64,000 nucleotides of DNA from Lingula anatina (Eukaryota > Animalia > Brachiopoda). Positions 24,009 to 38,246 of the stretch are shown here, piece after piece. Position 1 is the first letter of the stretch, and each line of letters opens with the position of its first letter. The notes beneath the pieces are model-generated. The model saw only the letters and a program-made list of their open reading frames with translations. It searched no databases and was not told the DNA's origin. Position numbers and translations under genes: made by a program. The stretch lies in the NCBI GenBank assembly GCA_051362555.1, contig CM120647.1, forward strand, positions 4,464,001 through 4,528,000. Direction: 5' to 3'.

Positions 24009-26348
24009 ATGGACAGCGTTGTAAGGTAAGCACCGCTACAGAGCAACTACAAAATTATAGGAATGCAGGTGCGATTTAATTCTTCGCGTGTGATGTTTCC
24101 TAAAAATATATTTTAGTGTATTTATAGAGGAAATACAAGGTTTATAGGTAATGGATGACTTACAAATTATTCAGAGAAATGCGATGCAATAAGGAGAAAG
24201 CAAAACAAAAGAAATATTTAATTTCATTATAAAGCGATCTTAGTCGTCAAGATAGGTTATAATCGATGAATACTACCGATAAGGCCGTTCATACATGGAG
24301 TTGACTCCAATCGTAAATTATATACCTGTTTTCTTCAGACATGGATATACACATATAATACAGGCATATGCTGCAACGCACGGCGCCCAATTCAGTCTTC
24401 CTCCATGTTAATTTTGCAATGGCTGCATGTATCTATGGAAGAAACAGTGCCTCCTTTTTTTGATAAAGTATGATCCTAAGCGATGCGTCTACCATTGACA
24501 ACGAAAAGTTAGACTAGGTTCTCATACCTAGATCGAACAAACTATCTCGATCTATTACCGAGGGGCTTCTCGTTAACTTGCTCTCAGATTAAGGGGCTTA
24601 GATGTCTGGCACGCATACTGAAGCTGCTAAACGATAATTAATTACCCCCTAGCAGCTTCAGTGGGCGTGACAGACATGTAAGCCGCTCAAGTTGATTGCA
24701 ATTTAGCAAGAATTCCCTCGGAGTTCCAGATAGTTTTATAGTGCCTGGGAATGATTCCTTAGACTGCCTGTTTCTCAATCGTTATTAATTGTCGTTTGAT
24801 TATTATAGCTTTGTATTGTGTTTGTCACCCTGGTGACATGACGCATAAAGTGGGGTTTATGCGACAAGCTTTAAATGGATCGCAACATTTAATCCGCGGA
24901 TTTATTACTCCGCTGTTTTGAATGCGGTCATATTCAAGGGCTCTAGGACAATCCCCCAGCCCCCCCGGGACAATAAGAAATATCCAGAAAATGGATGGAA
25001 AGATTTAAACTGCGTATTCTTTACTTTATATTTCCCCCCGGATTACACCGGGGGGGATTGTCCTGAGGGAATAGTCGGGGAGGGTTGTCCCGGGGGGGGG
25101 GGGATTGTCCTGATGCCTATTTAAGGTATTGATGGAACCATTTTACTGTTCCGATAAGAACATGGTGCTGTCATTTTCAAGTATCATCTTGTCACACTTT
25201 GCAGCACCAAAGTGTTCATTGTGGCAGCCATCCTCGACATCGTGGCAGTGGCAAATGCTGACCGTGGACCAATGCTTATAACGACCGCCGTGACACCTGC
25301 TCCAACAGCGCCACCCCCTGCTATAACTATGTCCTCACCTACATTATGGACGGAAGAACAGACAATATATTTCGCCAAAGCCAGCGAGTCTGGCTCATCA
25401 CCAGTTGGCAGGGAGATCTGAATCTGACGCCATTCAGGAGGGGAAAATGACGACCGCCTGGCTGAAGGTATGGAGTGATGTTTTTGTTCCCGCTGATTTT
25501 CTTAAAAGCAATCCGTTTATATTGGATCACAACTTAATTAACTTAAATTACTTGAAAATTTTCAATAGACTGTTGCAGAATAGACAGACTTACATTGGTT
25601 ATCGTGTTATCAAAATCTCTTGCATCATAGTAAAACAATAAACCGTTATTAAACGACATCAATATCAGCAACTCTACCTGCAGCTTTATACCGAGCCGAT
25701 TTCTTTTTAGTTTAAAATAAGAATAATTGGTCAATGTTTCAAAACGTTTTAGATATTTCAATAGTTTTAAATGGCACCGGAGTACAATTGCAGTCCGATC
25801 TCTTATTAATATGTTGATCAGCAAATATGTGGTCACTTAGGATATTTCAGATGCAATTCCCCGATAATAAGATTATGATAATAAATAAAATAAAACTAGG
25901 CCTCTAAACGATACATTTCAGGTAATAGAACCTTAAAAAGCTAACATCGTTATTTTATCAGGGCCTTTCTCAACGTCAGTCTTCACAGTTATTTAGCCTG
26001 CTTAGATATCAGCGCTTATTTTGTCTCAACATCATTGTATTTGTTTCAGACAAAATACGGTATTGACTTCACCGATGTGGCGGATGACGTGTACTTAGAT
26101 GGCACCAAGGCTGTGACAAGTGCTGGCGGCTCCTTAACATTCAAAACTTTCATATTGGACCCTGCTGCTAGATATAGACTAGTGTCGGCCAGCAAACAAC
26201 ATGAGGTGGAATTCTTTAACGCCCCGATTTCTGACTCGGGTAAGTGAGCACACTGGAGTCAGTTATGACCATGTACTTGTGGCAAATGGTTAAACTTTTG
26301 TTTGTACTTTTTGTAAAGCACACATATACAAAAAACGCTCAGACAGGT

Positions 26349-26382
<34 letters not shown>

Positions 26383-26940
26383 TCGCACAGCTGTTTAGTC
26401 CACACGCATATCTATATGTAGCATTGTGGAAACTTATAGGTACGAGGACACTTCATTTTGGGGGGTAATTCCCTTGGAGAGGGCCTATAAATATCATATT
26501 GTAATAAGAAAAATAATCTGTTTACACAGTAATACAATTTTATAATCGTACACGTACCACAGTAGTACCACCGTTTATGATGGCATGTCTTTCAAACTTT
26601 CAGGCTGGATGGTCATGGTGAACGACGACTATCAAGCTGGCCGTACCTTCAACATGGCTTTACCAAAGGGAAGCACTATTCTCTACGGTGATTACGTCAT
26701 TCCTCTTTGAATAAGTACAACTTCTCCTACGGCAATCCTTCATGTCGCAATATCTTAAACCAATCAAAACTGAAGATCCACTACGAAAGTGATACATTCC
26801 TTCCAAGTGTCGGCGTTATTAACTGTGTCCTCAAGGAAACGTCGTGGGGGATTGGCGTGGCACAAGGGGTGTTGTTAGTAGAAGCCGGCAATAAAGTCTC
26901 TATTCGCAACGTGCTGACTTTTCCCGCGACGCAGCCATAA
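24009..26940 (+). pseudogene. Secreted protein family copy 2 (frameshifted)
   Basis: Exons 24009-24025 (ATGGACAGCGTTGTAAG|gtaag), 25205-25467, 26050-26239 and 26604-26940. Exon 2 has +2/-2/-2 indels and exon 4 has a 34-nt deletion. Confidence 0.85.
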
Positions 26941-27471
26941 ATAAGGGAGTTCCATATCTCCTGGCTCTTGATATAATGCATATTAAATAATGCTTAGATG
27001 AAAATACTTAAGAATAGCCTTGTTGCCATTGTTACACTTTATTTTCATCCGGATTCCAAAAATGAGTTTATATTGTATCTATTTATCCAATAATGCATCT
27101 ATCTTCACGCTGCCTGGAAAGAATAAAAAAAAACTTCGAAAATATCAAATCTCGGTGTTTACATTTCTCGTTGCCATGTGTAAGTATAGGCAATTATTGA
27201 ATTAAGGCTTTTATTGTCTATCTAACACCTACTTTGAAGTGAGATACCGGGTAGATTACGTCTCCACTCGAGAAAGGTTCAGATGTCATTCTTTTATCCA
27301 AACATTATTTCTCTAGCCGTAAGCCACTACCGTTCATATACGTATATCTTATATGTTATTAAGGTTTGAACTTAATATGCATATTTAGGTCTTGATGTCC
27401 AAGAAAAAAATGATATAAATGTCTCGTCAGATGCAATATCGTCTATGTAATCATCATATCACTTTCACGAC

Positions 27472-30400
27472 ATGGACAGCGTTGTAAGGTAAGCACCGCT
27501 ACAGAGCAACTACATAATAATAGGAAAGCGGGTGTGGTTTAATACTTTGCAGTGTGATGTTTCATAAAACTATACTTTAGTGTATTTTAAGGAGCGGATG
27601 TACCCAAATATAGCTAAAAATAGCCATTTTTGGTTTTTTGTCTAATTATTGGTTAAACGTGTATCTAACGTTTAACAGAATAAAATTTTTACATTTTGAA
27701 CAAAAAAATTGTTTTTTCTGATTATTCTGATGCTGCACACATCGACAGCGGTGGCCTGGTATATGCCCCGCCTTCGTTGTCAAGGGCCGTTGGCATGGAT
27801 AAACTCGGTGGGCGGACCTTAGCAGCATCAGCACGTCTAGGGAAACAATAGAACAGGGATGCGCCATGCCCCCTTTGTCATAAACAGCGATCGGCAAAGC
27901 AGTGCCTATTGTTCCGCTTAAGCTGTTTTGATAGTCTCTCTTGATTGTGATCAGCGCTAAGATGAATCTTTTCCGACACATTGGATTTGCTCGAAATACT
28001 CGTTCTCCCTTGAATATTGCTTGTTGTTACACGCGTTCTTTCGATTTTCTTGTTAACTTTTTGAGATACGCAAAAGAAAAGAAGAAAATTCCGTTGCTTG
28101 CTACCCGTGACAACAATAGTCATTCTTTCTATCCATTTTCGCCAACAGGTCGATGCAGTTTAGTGTTAGATTTTAAAAATATACATGGGGGTAACTAGGC
28201 ATACGCACGGATGCACTGTGCGTACATTTTTTTGGCCAACCATGATATTATTTTATATAACTTTAGTGTATTTTCACGGAATATAAAGAAATTCTCTGCT
28301 TATTAAAGTCACCTGTATGAACAAATCCTCTGTATCAATTGTATATGCACAATTGTTCTGACACCCCCCTCCCCCCGTCTTGCATACTTTTATTGAACTG
28401 AGGTAAACAATGCCTGAAACCTTAACAAGTTTTATCTTAATCGTCCATCTAACTGGAACTTCCTTTACCTCTTTATTGGAGGGTTCAGTGGCCCACAACT
28501 CACCTGAAGCCTCGCTGGCAATATTTATCTCAGGTAAAAATCTATTTCAAAGAGCAGCTCACGCAACCCTGAGGGCATTAGATAAAATCTGGACACCAGG
28601 TTTCATAAGGAGCTAGAGAAACGAAGGAAGGATTTTTCCTGCAAAGCGTCAAAGAATTTTGACACGGACTTGACCCAGCTTATCCCTCCAAACTAACAGG
28701 GTGACATGGACAATTTTTACAAACATATAATAAAACTTAGATGTATCAGAGCTCTGTCGTGTCGTACAATTGGTTGTTATGGGGAGCCATGCATCCACAT
28801 GTAAGGTTAATGAAATCTAATGTTAGTTCAACTCAGAGGCGGATCCAGGATTATTCGAAGGGCGTTCCACGTATGCGAAGCTAGCCTCCTTTTAAATAAA
28901 TATACCATTCTGGGTAATAAGTTTATTGAAACTTTTTTAATTGCGAGAATATTTCTGACTAAATGATGTTTTATTATTAATGGAAATTAAGCTGCGGTGT
29001 GTGGTACATATGCTGTGATTACGCTGTCCTTCATCTCTTGCGTTAGTGTATATTTTGCTGGGAATGTAAAAAATCTGTGCGTACAATTTTTTTAAGGTCT
29101 GGTTACGCCCCTGAATCTATGCAACTTGGGCAATTCGGCCCTAGCATCGAGGCTCAACTCCTATTTATTTCTGCTTACCATTAGTAATCGGAAAATCAAC
29201 AATGATAATATCTAACCTTTCCACCTGTTTTCGAACCATTTTTCGCTTGGCGAATGTGGACAAGACCGCATGCGATGCTGCTATTGTGTGCACATCCTAG
29301 AGCGCATCCCTAACACTTGCCCCGACGGCAATTGACGTGGCCACTGATTGCTTGGGTCATTAGGGCTTACTAGATTACCTGTCAATCATTCTGGCAGTGC
29401 TAGCGGTAACCCCTTGAAGTTACTAACAGGAGGTGAGATTGATACAAAAATAAGATTTTCTGACATCCAAATACATGCAAACAAGCTAATTTCAACCGGC
29501 AAAAGAGTACCCATCTTCGCGATCGTCAGAACGATAACAGGTAAAGCTGTCAACAATTTTATTTGCTTATATGGACAATTAACTTCACTGAAAGGGTTTT
29601 TGCTCGTTTTCTTTGCTTTCAATATTGACGAGATAGCGTTATCTTAACAAGCTTTAACTATCTACCTGTACACCTGAGGGAGACCAAATTCACCATGCTA
29701 ATTATGAACAGTATGCTCTAAAAGTGCTTTTTAAGAAATTTTGATTGATCCTCTCTTTTCTAATTTATAGACTTTGAAAGTGAAAATTCCCTAATATTTT
29801 GATGTAATTTCACGTTTTTATAGATAAAATCAACAATAAGTGTCTGAAGAAAAATCCCTGACTCCATGCTGTAGTACTTTGTTCAAGTGTCATAATGACA
29901 TCAAAAGCAAGTTTATAGCTGTCCAGGTGCCTGAGAAAATCAGGTGTATAAAAATGGTGTTTTTGTCCCCAAAATCCCAATATTACGTCACACGATGAAG
30001 TTAAAGCTGTGTTCCAAGCATAATTAGATATTTTGAAGATACGTTAAATGAATGTGACAGGAATAAAAAAGCCAAGACCTTTATTTTAAGAGAACCTCAA
30101 ACCTCAAACCTACATTCCCTCCTTAAAAGGATATACATGGTTTATAGGTAATGGATGACTTACAACTATATCATGTTTAGAGAAATATGATGCAATGTGC
30201 AGAAGGCAAAAAAAAATATATATATATAATAAATAATAATAATAATCATTTTCAAGAGATCTTAGTCACCAAGATAGGTGGTAATCGAGGAATGATATCG
30301 ATAAGGTCAGAGAGCCGTTCATACAAGGAGAATACTACTACTGTAAACTATATGTGTGTGAATGTGTGTCTGTGAATGTGTTTGTCTGTTTTCCTCAGAC

Positions 30401-32641
30401 ATGGACATACACATATGAAACGTACATGTAGATATATTCTGTAAAGCGCAGCGTGCAATTCAGTATTTTTTGACGATCTAAGAAGATCGATCCATCTCCG
30501 AGGGGGTTCTCACTAATTTGCTTTCAGCTTAAGCGGCTTAGATGTCTGGCACGCCTAGAGAAGTTGCTTAACGATAATTAATTGCCCCCTATCAGATTCA
30601 GTGGACGTGACAGACATGTAAGTTGATTGTAAGTTTGATTGGGTCTGGGAATGGTTCCTTAGACTGACTATGCCACACTCGTTATTAATTGTCGTTTGTT
30701 TATAGCTTTGTATTGTGTTTGTCACCTTGGTGGGTTGACGCAAAGAACGATTTTGCTGTGTACCTTAAACCTCCCCACATTTTGAAGCTCACCTTCAACA
30801 ATCAGGTGTGCGTCGGCCATTAAATCCTGTAAGTCTAAGGACTACCGCGGCGGGTAGTGCTTAGACTTACAGGTCCGCGGATTAAATAAACCCGACCCAC
30901 TTGGATGTTTGTGGCGAAATCCCTGCGGGAATTTTATGTTTATGAGGTTTATGAGACAAGTTTTTAAATGGGTCGCAACATTTAATCCGCGGATCTGTTA
31001 CTGTTGTGAATGCGGTCATATTCGAGGATTCTACCCCCCTCCCCTTCCCGGCAATAAGAAATATTCAGAAAATGGATGAAAAGATTTGACCTGTGTACTC
31101 TTTACCTTATATTTGTATATAAATATATATATATTCTACGGGGGAGGGGGCGCCCAGGGGGGGGGGGGGGGGGGGGGGGGCTGGGAGGCATTGTCCTGGG
31201 GGAATATTCCGGGGGGATTGTCCTGATATCTATTTAAGGTATTGAAGGAACCATTTTACTGTTCCGATACAAACGTGCCACTGTCATTTCCAAGTATCAT
31301 CTTGTCACTATTTGCAGCACCAAAGCGTTCATTGTGGCAGCCATCCTCGGCATCGTGGCAGTGACAAATGCTGACCGTGGACTAAAGCTCAACGACCGCC
31401 GTGACACCTGCTCCAACAGCGTCACCCCCTGCTATAACTATGTCTTCACCTACATTATTGATGGAAGAACAGACAATCTATTTCGCCAAAGCCGCAGCGA
31501 GATTCTGACTCATCACCAGTTGGCAGGGGAAACTGAAATGAACTGACGCCATTCAGGAGGGGAAAATGGCGACCGCCTGGCTAAAGGTATAGAGTGTTTT
31601 TTGTTTTTGCTCAGACAGATTTTCTTAAAATTGGTCCGTTTATATTGTATCACAACTTAATTAACTGAAATTACTTCAATTATTTTGTCTCAACATCGTT
31701 GTATTTCTTTTAGACAAAATACGGTATTGACTTCACCGATGTGGCGGATGACGTGTACTTAGATGGCACCAAGGCAGTAACAAGCCCTGGCGGCTCCTTA
31801 ACATTCAGAACTTTCATATTGGACCCAGCTGCTAGATATAGAGTAGTGTCGGCCAGCAAACAACATGAGGTGGAATTCTTTAACGCCTTGATTTCTGACT
31901 CGGGTAAGTGAGCACACTGGAGTCAGTTATGACCACGTACATGTAGCAGATGATTAAATTTTTGTTTGTACTTTCTGTAAACCACACATATACAAAAAAC
32001 GCTCAGACAGGCAGACAGACAGACAGACAGACAGACAGTCGCACAGCTGTTTAGTCCACAAGCATATATCTACATTTAGCATATATCTACATTTAGCATT
32101 GAGGTACGAGAAAATTTCATTTTGGGGGTAATTCCCTTGGATCTCGAGGGTCTATAAATATCATATTGAAATAAGAAAGGAAGTCTGTTTACACAGTAAT
32201 GCAATTTTATCATCGTACACGTACCATAGTAGTACCACCGTTTATAATGGCATGTCTTTCAAAATTTCAGGCTGGATAGTCATGATGAACGACGACTATC
32301 AAGCTGGCGGTACCTTCAACATGGCTTTACCAAAGGGAAGCACTATCCTCTACGGTGATTACGTCATTCCTCTTTGTAATAGCATGGGGAATAAGAACAA
32401 GAACAGAATGAATAAGTACAACTTCTCCTACGGCAATCCTTCATGTCGCAATATCTTAAACCAATCAAAACTGAAGATCCACTACGAAAGTGATACATTC
32501 CTTCCAAGTGTCGGCGTTATTAACTGTGTCCTCAAGGAAACGTCGTGGGGGATTGGCGTGGCACAAGGGGTGTTGTTAGTAGAAGCCGGCAATAAAGTCT
32601 CTATTCGCAACGTGCTGACTTTTCCCGCGACGCAGCCATAA
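27472..32641 (+). pseudogene. Secreted protein family copy 3 (premature stop)
   Basis: Exons 27472-27488, 31318-31586, 31714-31903 and 32271-32641. A 4-nt insertion in exon 2 gives TGA at 31544-31546, and intron 2 is shortened by a deletion. Confidence 0.85.
27591..30122. mobile_element. Probable Kolobok-like composite insertion in intron 1 of copy 3
   Basis: TTAA|ggagcggatgta ... tacattccctcc|TTAA with imperfect TIRs. The segment is absent from the paralogous introns. Confidence 0.5.
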
Positions 32642-33695
32642 ATAAGGGAGTTCCATATCTCCTGGCTCTTGATATAATGCATATTAAATAATGCTTAGAT
32701 GAAAATACTTTAGAATAGCATTGTTGCCATTGTTACACTTTTTTTCATCCGGATACCAAAAATGAAGTTTATCTTGTATCTATTTAGTCAATAATGCACC
32801 TATCTTCATGCTGCCTGGAAACATTAAAAAAAAAAAAAACTTCGAAAATATCAAATCTCGGTGTTTACATTTCTCGTTGCCATGTGTAAGTATAGGCAAT
32901 TATTGAATTAAGGCTTTTATTGGCTATCTAACACCTACTTTGAATTGAGATACCGGTTAGATTGTGTTTCCACTCGAAAAAGGTTCAGATGTCATTCGGC
33001 CTATTTTATTCAAACATTATTTCTCTAGCCGTAAGCCATTACCGTTCATATACGTATATCTTATATGTTATTAAGGTATAAACTTAATATGTTTATTTAG
33101 GTCTTAATGTCCGAGAAAATAATGATAGGAGGCACGCTGTTAGTAGTGGTGACGCTTAATTGGGAAGTTAAGGTGATTATATAATATTTATGTCTCCTCC
33201 ATCCCAGTGCATCACAAACTTGCATATTCCCGTTTATAGCAAAAGAGAATGCAACAAAGACTATCGGGTGTTCGTGATTTGGCCAAACAAGGCCGCTTTT
33301 ATTAAATAAACTCACTATCCTAATAATTTTAACAATAATAACAATGTGGCAAATTGTTGCCTGCATTAAATGTTATGGCCTTAGGGATAAAGATTAAATA
33401 TGAAATATTAACTAAGACTCATCATCCTAAAAATAATGATGAGACGAGTCAGCAAAAGTTATCATTTTCAAGCAATTTTGCACAAATTTCGTTTGTGGGG
33501 TTGCAAAGAGGCCCCCGCCATGCAACAGTTATCGTAAGCTGTGGTCCACGATAAGCAATTATTTGACAACGGTAGTGCATCTTATTTAGCTTGTCTGATT
33601 CCAAAGGCAAGGTCAATGCATTGCAGGACTCTCAATACAATTCTATGTATGTACCGGCATGACAATGCTGTTAGCGGGTGGCCTAACCCCTACTT

Positions 33696-33761
<66 letters not shown>

Positions 33762-35694
33762 GAAGGGGGGAGGTTCAGTTTTTCCCATATGCTGAAAACA
33801 GCTGGAAGAGTGAACTCTCTATAATTGCCATGCCATCCTAGCTTGTGCCGTACCTGTTAATTAGAATAAAAGTAACGGTTTTAAGTGATATTCTGCGGAA
33901 AAGTAATTTCTTTCCAGTTTACAATTATCAATGGCAGAATAAAACATGAACAAATAATATAATCTCGGGGATAACATAGATAGGTATGTTCTATACAAAT
34001 GTTCCCGTTACATTCCTCACTTCAACCGATATACAGATGGACCCGCAAAGATTGCTGGGTCAAAATATGAGAAAAACATGACTGGGTCATTTAAATAGAG
34101 TCAAAATTCTCATACGACATGAAACAGCGGGTAGGCAAGTCGAATTTTTTGCAACACTCCTGTCACAACATGCTGGAATGAATTACAGTTTTGTAGCAAA
34201 AACCGGGAATGGGGCCCACTTGGCCCCTTAAAACGGGGAAGTAAGATATTTTTATACCGCTGTTCCAATGACCTATGCAGTGAGTAAGGATCAAGAATGG
34301 ACCCGCATGGCTTGCTGGGCCGCTGTTTGGATTATGCAGAAGTAATCCTTTAAATTGACTTCGAATATTTCTTGGGACATTGTGAGACATTCATATAATG
34401 TTGACCCAATATCCTCTGACTTCAGGAGAACATACGGATGAACCGTCGCTACTTGAACTGCAGCAGATGATCGGTATTCCACGGCTACAGATGAAAAATC
34501 GAAACTCTTCACACCTTATGTCTGTAATAATGTATGATTAACCCGCAAGGCTTGCTGGGCTGATCACCGTCCAGTAAAGAGGTAGTCTTTAAAACCTGTA
34601 AAGTCAATTGCATTGTAAAACCTTCATCCGATTGCACCTTTTCCTCTGGACTAGGAAGATCTTACAGATCCTTGGGCTGATGACTGTCCAGTATAGAGGT
34701 AGTCTTTAAAACGAAGGTTTCGCTGGGGCATGACCGGTACTGGACTGTGTACGGGCACTTTCAGGGGACGGAGGTGCTCCTGACAGGTATACAAAACTGA
34801 AAAATCAAAGAAAAAAAAAAACGCACGCAGTATGATGGTCAAATATAATTCAAGCAAAGTTTAGTCGGCTGAGGAAACAATTGATGTATGGTGGAGGAGA
34901 CGGGGAAGGCGGTGGGTGAAATTTTTTGAACTGAAGGTTTAAGTTGAAAGTCGGAGATACCTTATAGCTTCAACGTATCGTGCGCGACAACAGAATGAGC
35001 GCAAAATGGGTCAGGCAGTGACGTCCCCTGGTATAAGTAGCAACATGTGCCTCAATTGGGACCACCCCTCTAGGTAGAATTGCGCATGTGCAGAATGCGC
35101 ATGTGCGTAAATAAGCTCTGGAGATTGTTGTCGCCATAAAATATCGTTTGACTACGCCAAACTTTCCTTTATGTCTCCTCCATCCCAGTGCATCACAAAC
35201 TTGCATATTCCCGTTCATAGCAAAAGAGAATGCAACAAAGACTATCGGGTGTTCGTGATTTGGCCAAACAAGGCCGCTTTTATTAAATAAACTCACTATC
35301 CTAATAATTTTAACAATAATAACAATGTGGCAAACTGTTGCCTGCATTAAATGTTATGGCCTTAGGGATAAAGATTAAATATGAAATATTAACTAAGACT
35401 CATCATCCTAAAAATAATGATGAGACGAGTCAGCAAAAGTTATCATTTTCAAGCAATTTTGCACAAATTTCGTTTGTGGGGTTGCAAAGAGGCCATAACC
35501 TTGACTGGTGCCCAAGCGCACTGGGCAAGGAAGACCCCACAGAGGAAATCGCAGAGGGCTGGAACATAAACACTCAAACTGATGTTGAGATCGGGAGTAT
35601 ATATATATATATGCATACTTACCACTTACCGTATACACATACTTACCACTTAAACCGACGAAGCGGAGCAGAATAGAACAGGCACAAAACAAAA

Positions 35695-36490
35695 TTATGC
35701 CACTTAACCTGTGAAACAGGTCGGAAATGTAAAGACACAAAACGTGCCACTCACTCCGCCGAAATGAGCGGAATATAAAGACACAAAACGTGCCACTCAC
35801 TCCGACGTAGCGAAGCGGACAAAAATATTACAAAAATAAGGCATGAAAGATTATGCCACTCGACCTGTGAAACAGGTCAGAAATGTAGAGACACAAAACG
35901 TGCCACTCACTCCGACGAAGCGGAGCGGAATATAAAGACACAAAACGTGCCACTCACTCCAACGTAGCGAAGCGGACAAAAATATTACAAAAATAAGGCA
36001 TGAAAAATTATGCCACTCAACCTGTGAAACAGGTCGGAAATGTAAAGACACAAAACGTGCCACTCACTCCGACGAAGCGGATCGGAATATAAAGACACAA
36101 AACGTGCCACTCACTCCGACGTAGCGAAGCAGACAAAAATATTACAAAAATAAGGCATGAAAAATTATGCCACTCGACCTGTGAAACAGGTCAGAAATGT
36201 AAAGACACAAAACGTGCCACTCACTCCGACGAAGCGGAGCGGAATATAAAGACACAAAACGTGCCACTCACCCCGACGTAGCGAGGCGGACAAAAATATT
36301 TCAAAAAATAAGGCAATGAAAAATTATGCCACTCAACCTGTGAAACAGGTCGGAAATGTAAAGACACAAAACGTGCCACTCACTCTGACGAAGCGGAGCG
36401 GAATATAAAGACACAAAACGTGCCACTCACCCCGACGTAGCGAGGCGGACAAAAATGTTACAAAAATAAGGCATTAAAATTATTGCCACG
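35695..36490. repeat. About 157-bp higher-order tandem repeat (about 5 units)
   Basis: Each unit has three related subunits sharing tgccactc and contains the palindrome gacctgtgaaacaggtc. Confidence 0.9.
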
Positions 36491-36531
36491 CCGTAGCAGC
36501 CTGGAATAAAAAAAAAAGGGGGGTAAAAAAT

Positions 36532-37440
36532 AAAAGGAAATTCCTGGTGGCCCTGAGAAGGTCGGGGCCTGAAAGAAGAAGAAATGCGTTTATGGGCCTG
36601 AAAGGGACAAATGATGAAGGTGAAAATAAATATACAACAAGATATCTAAAAAAAATAAATTAATAAAATAAGGAAATCTTGTGAGTATGTTTTAAGAACT
36701 AAGGACAAAGGAAACTTCCCGTTGGCCCTGAAAAGGTCGGGGCCTGAAAGAAGAAGAAATGCGTCTATGGGCCTGAAAAAGGACATATGATAAAGGTGAA
36801 AATAAATATACAACAAGATGTCTGAAACAATAAGGAAATCTTGTGGGTATGTTTTAAGAACTAAGGACAAAGGAAACTTCCTGGTGGCCCTGAAAAGGTC
36901 GGGGCCTGAAAGAAGAAGAAATGCGTCTATGGGCCTGAAAAAGGACAAGAGATAAAGGTGAAAATAAATATACAACAAGATATCTGAAACAATAAGGAAA
37001 TCTTGTGGGTATGTTTTAAGAACTAAGGACAAAGGAAACTTCCCGTTGGCCCTGAAAAGGTCGGGGCCTGAAAGAAGAAGAAATGCGTCTATGGGCCTGA
37101 AAGGACATATGATGACGGTGAAAATAAATATACAACAAGATATCTGAAAAAATAAGGATATCTTGTGGGTATGTTTTAAGAACAAAGGACAAAGGCAAAC
37201 TTACCGGTGGCCCTGAAAAGGTCGGGGCCTATAACAAGAAGAAGAAATGAGTCTATGGGCCTGAAAGGACATATGATGAAGGTGAAAATAAATATACAAC
37301 GAGATATCTGACAAGATAAGGATATCTTGTGGGTATGTTTTAAGAACTAAGGACGAACTTACCGGTGGCCCTGAAAAGGTCGGGGCTTATAACAAGAAGA
37401 AGAAATGAGTCTATGGACCTGAAAAGACTTATGATGAAGT
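36532..37440. repeat. About 160-bp tandem repeat (about 6 units)
   Basis: ggccctgaaaaggtcggggcctgaaagaagaagaaatgcgtctatgggcctgaaa recurs near 36549, 36724, 36886, 37048, 37209 and 37367. Confidence 0.9.
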
Positions 37441-37477
37441 TGGAAGGGATTAGGAAAAACTTAATGCTAAGCCAAAA

Positions 37478-37672
37478 GGCCTTCCTAATAATGGCGCCCT
37501 GCATACTACGATACACTTTATACTGGCCAACCTCCGAAAGATGCACCCCGTCTGGTTTGATGTGAAACCGGGTCACTTTCCGCAGACCTACGTTCTTCCA
37601 AAAGGAAGTAAATGGATTTCATAAGGGCAAGTCTGCAAGATGAATGTTGAGCTGGTCGACTTGATCGTTAAA
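37478..37672 (-). pseudogene. SGNH/GDSL hydrolase C-terminal fragment
   Basis: FNDQVDQLNIHL...*...FWKNVGLRKVTRFHIKPDGVHLSEVGQYKVYRSMQGAII contains the DGVHL block-V motif and one in-frame stop. Confidence 0.65.
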
Positions 37673-37756
37673 AGAAGGGTGAGGGGGACGCAGTCAGTGG
37701 TGAACTTATATTCTCCACCACAAGAGAAACACCGAATTCGTCGTGAAAACGAATTG

Positions 37757-37907
37757 CCGGACTAACATTACTGTCATAGGTGTAACAGGAATAAAAGTCT
37801 GAAAGTAATACAGTCCTACCTACTATAATTATGGCCAGGAACGTAAGTCCCAGTAGGACTACCATCCTACGGACAACCATTACTAGGGGACTTGGATTGC
37901 TGTTACA
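37757..37907 (-). mobile_element. Terminal fragment of Ginger1-type element A
   Basis: Matches about 11000-11186 and ends ...tgttACA|ccgc. Confidence 0.7.
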
Positions 37908-38135
37908 CCGCACGGATGTGCATATCATTGCAACAAGGTAGCTGAATCACGCAAGGATCGTACTTAAATTTCTTAATCCACGTGGTATTCTATATGACAT
38001 ACAAACTTCATATCACAATAAGGTACTTAAGGCTGTTTACTAAAGGCAAGCTTATTGATAACTTGAATCTTTGCTGCCAAATTAGCTAAATGCATACCTA
38101 TTAAAAGGAATGAATATGAGGCCCTGCTCCTGGAA

Positions 38136-38246
<111 letters not shown>

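Larger units (their letters stand above)
33187..37750 (-). mobile_element. 3' remnant of an Ngaro/DIRS-like retroelement
   Basis: 327-bp direct repeats at 33187-33513 and 35168-35494 (the first marks where homology to the copy-4 flank near 43172 ends), internal tandem repeats, and an SGNH-like coding fragment. Confidence 0.5.

Noticed and set aside
27646-28198. Possible THAP/transposase coding remnants in the TTAA-flanked insertion
   Set aside because: No complete motif could be read in any frame.
36646-37185. 179-aa hydrophobic repeat ORF
   Set aside because: It is the translation of the ~160-bp tandem repeat and has no gene structure.
35695-37440. CRISPR-like regular repeats with palindromes
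   Set aside because: The intervening sequences are themselves repeated rather than unique spacers, there are no cas genes, and the context is eukaryotic.
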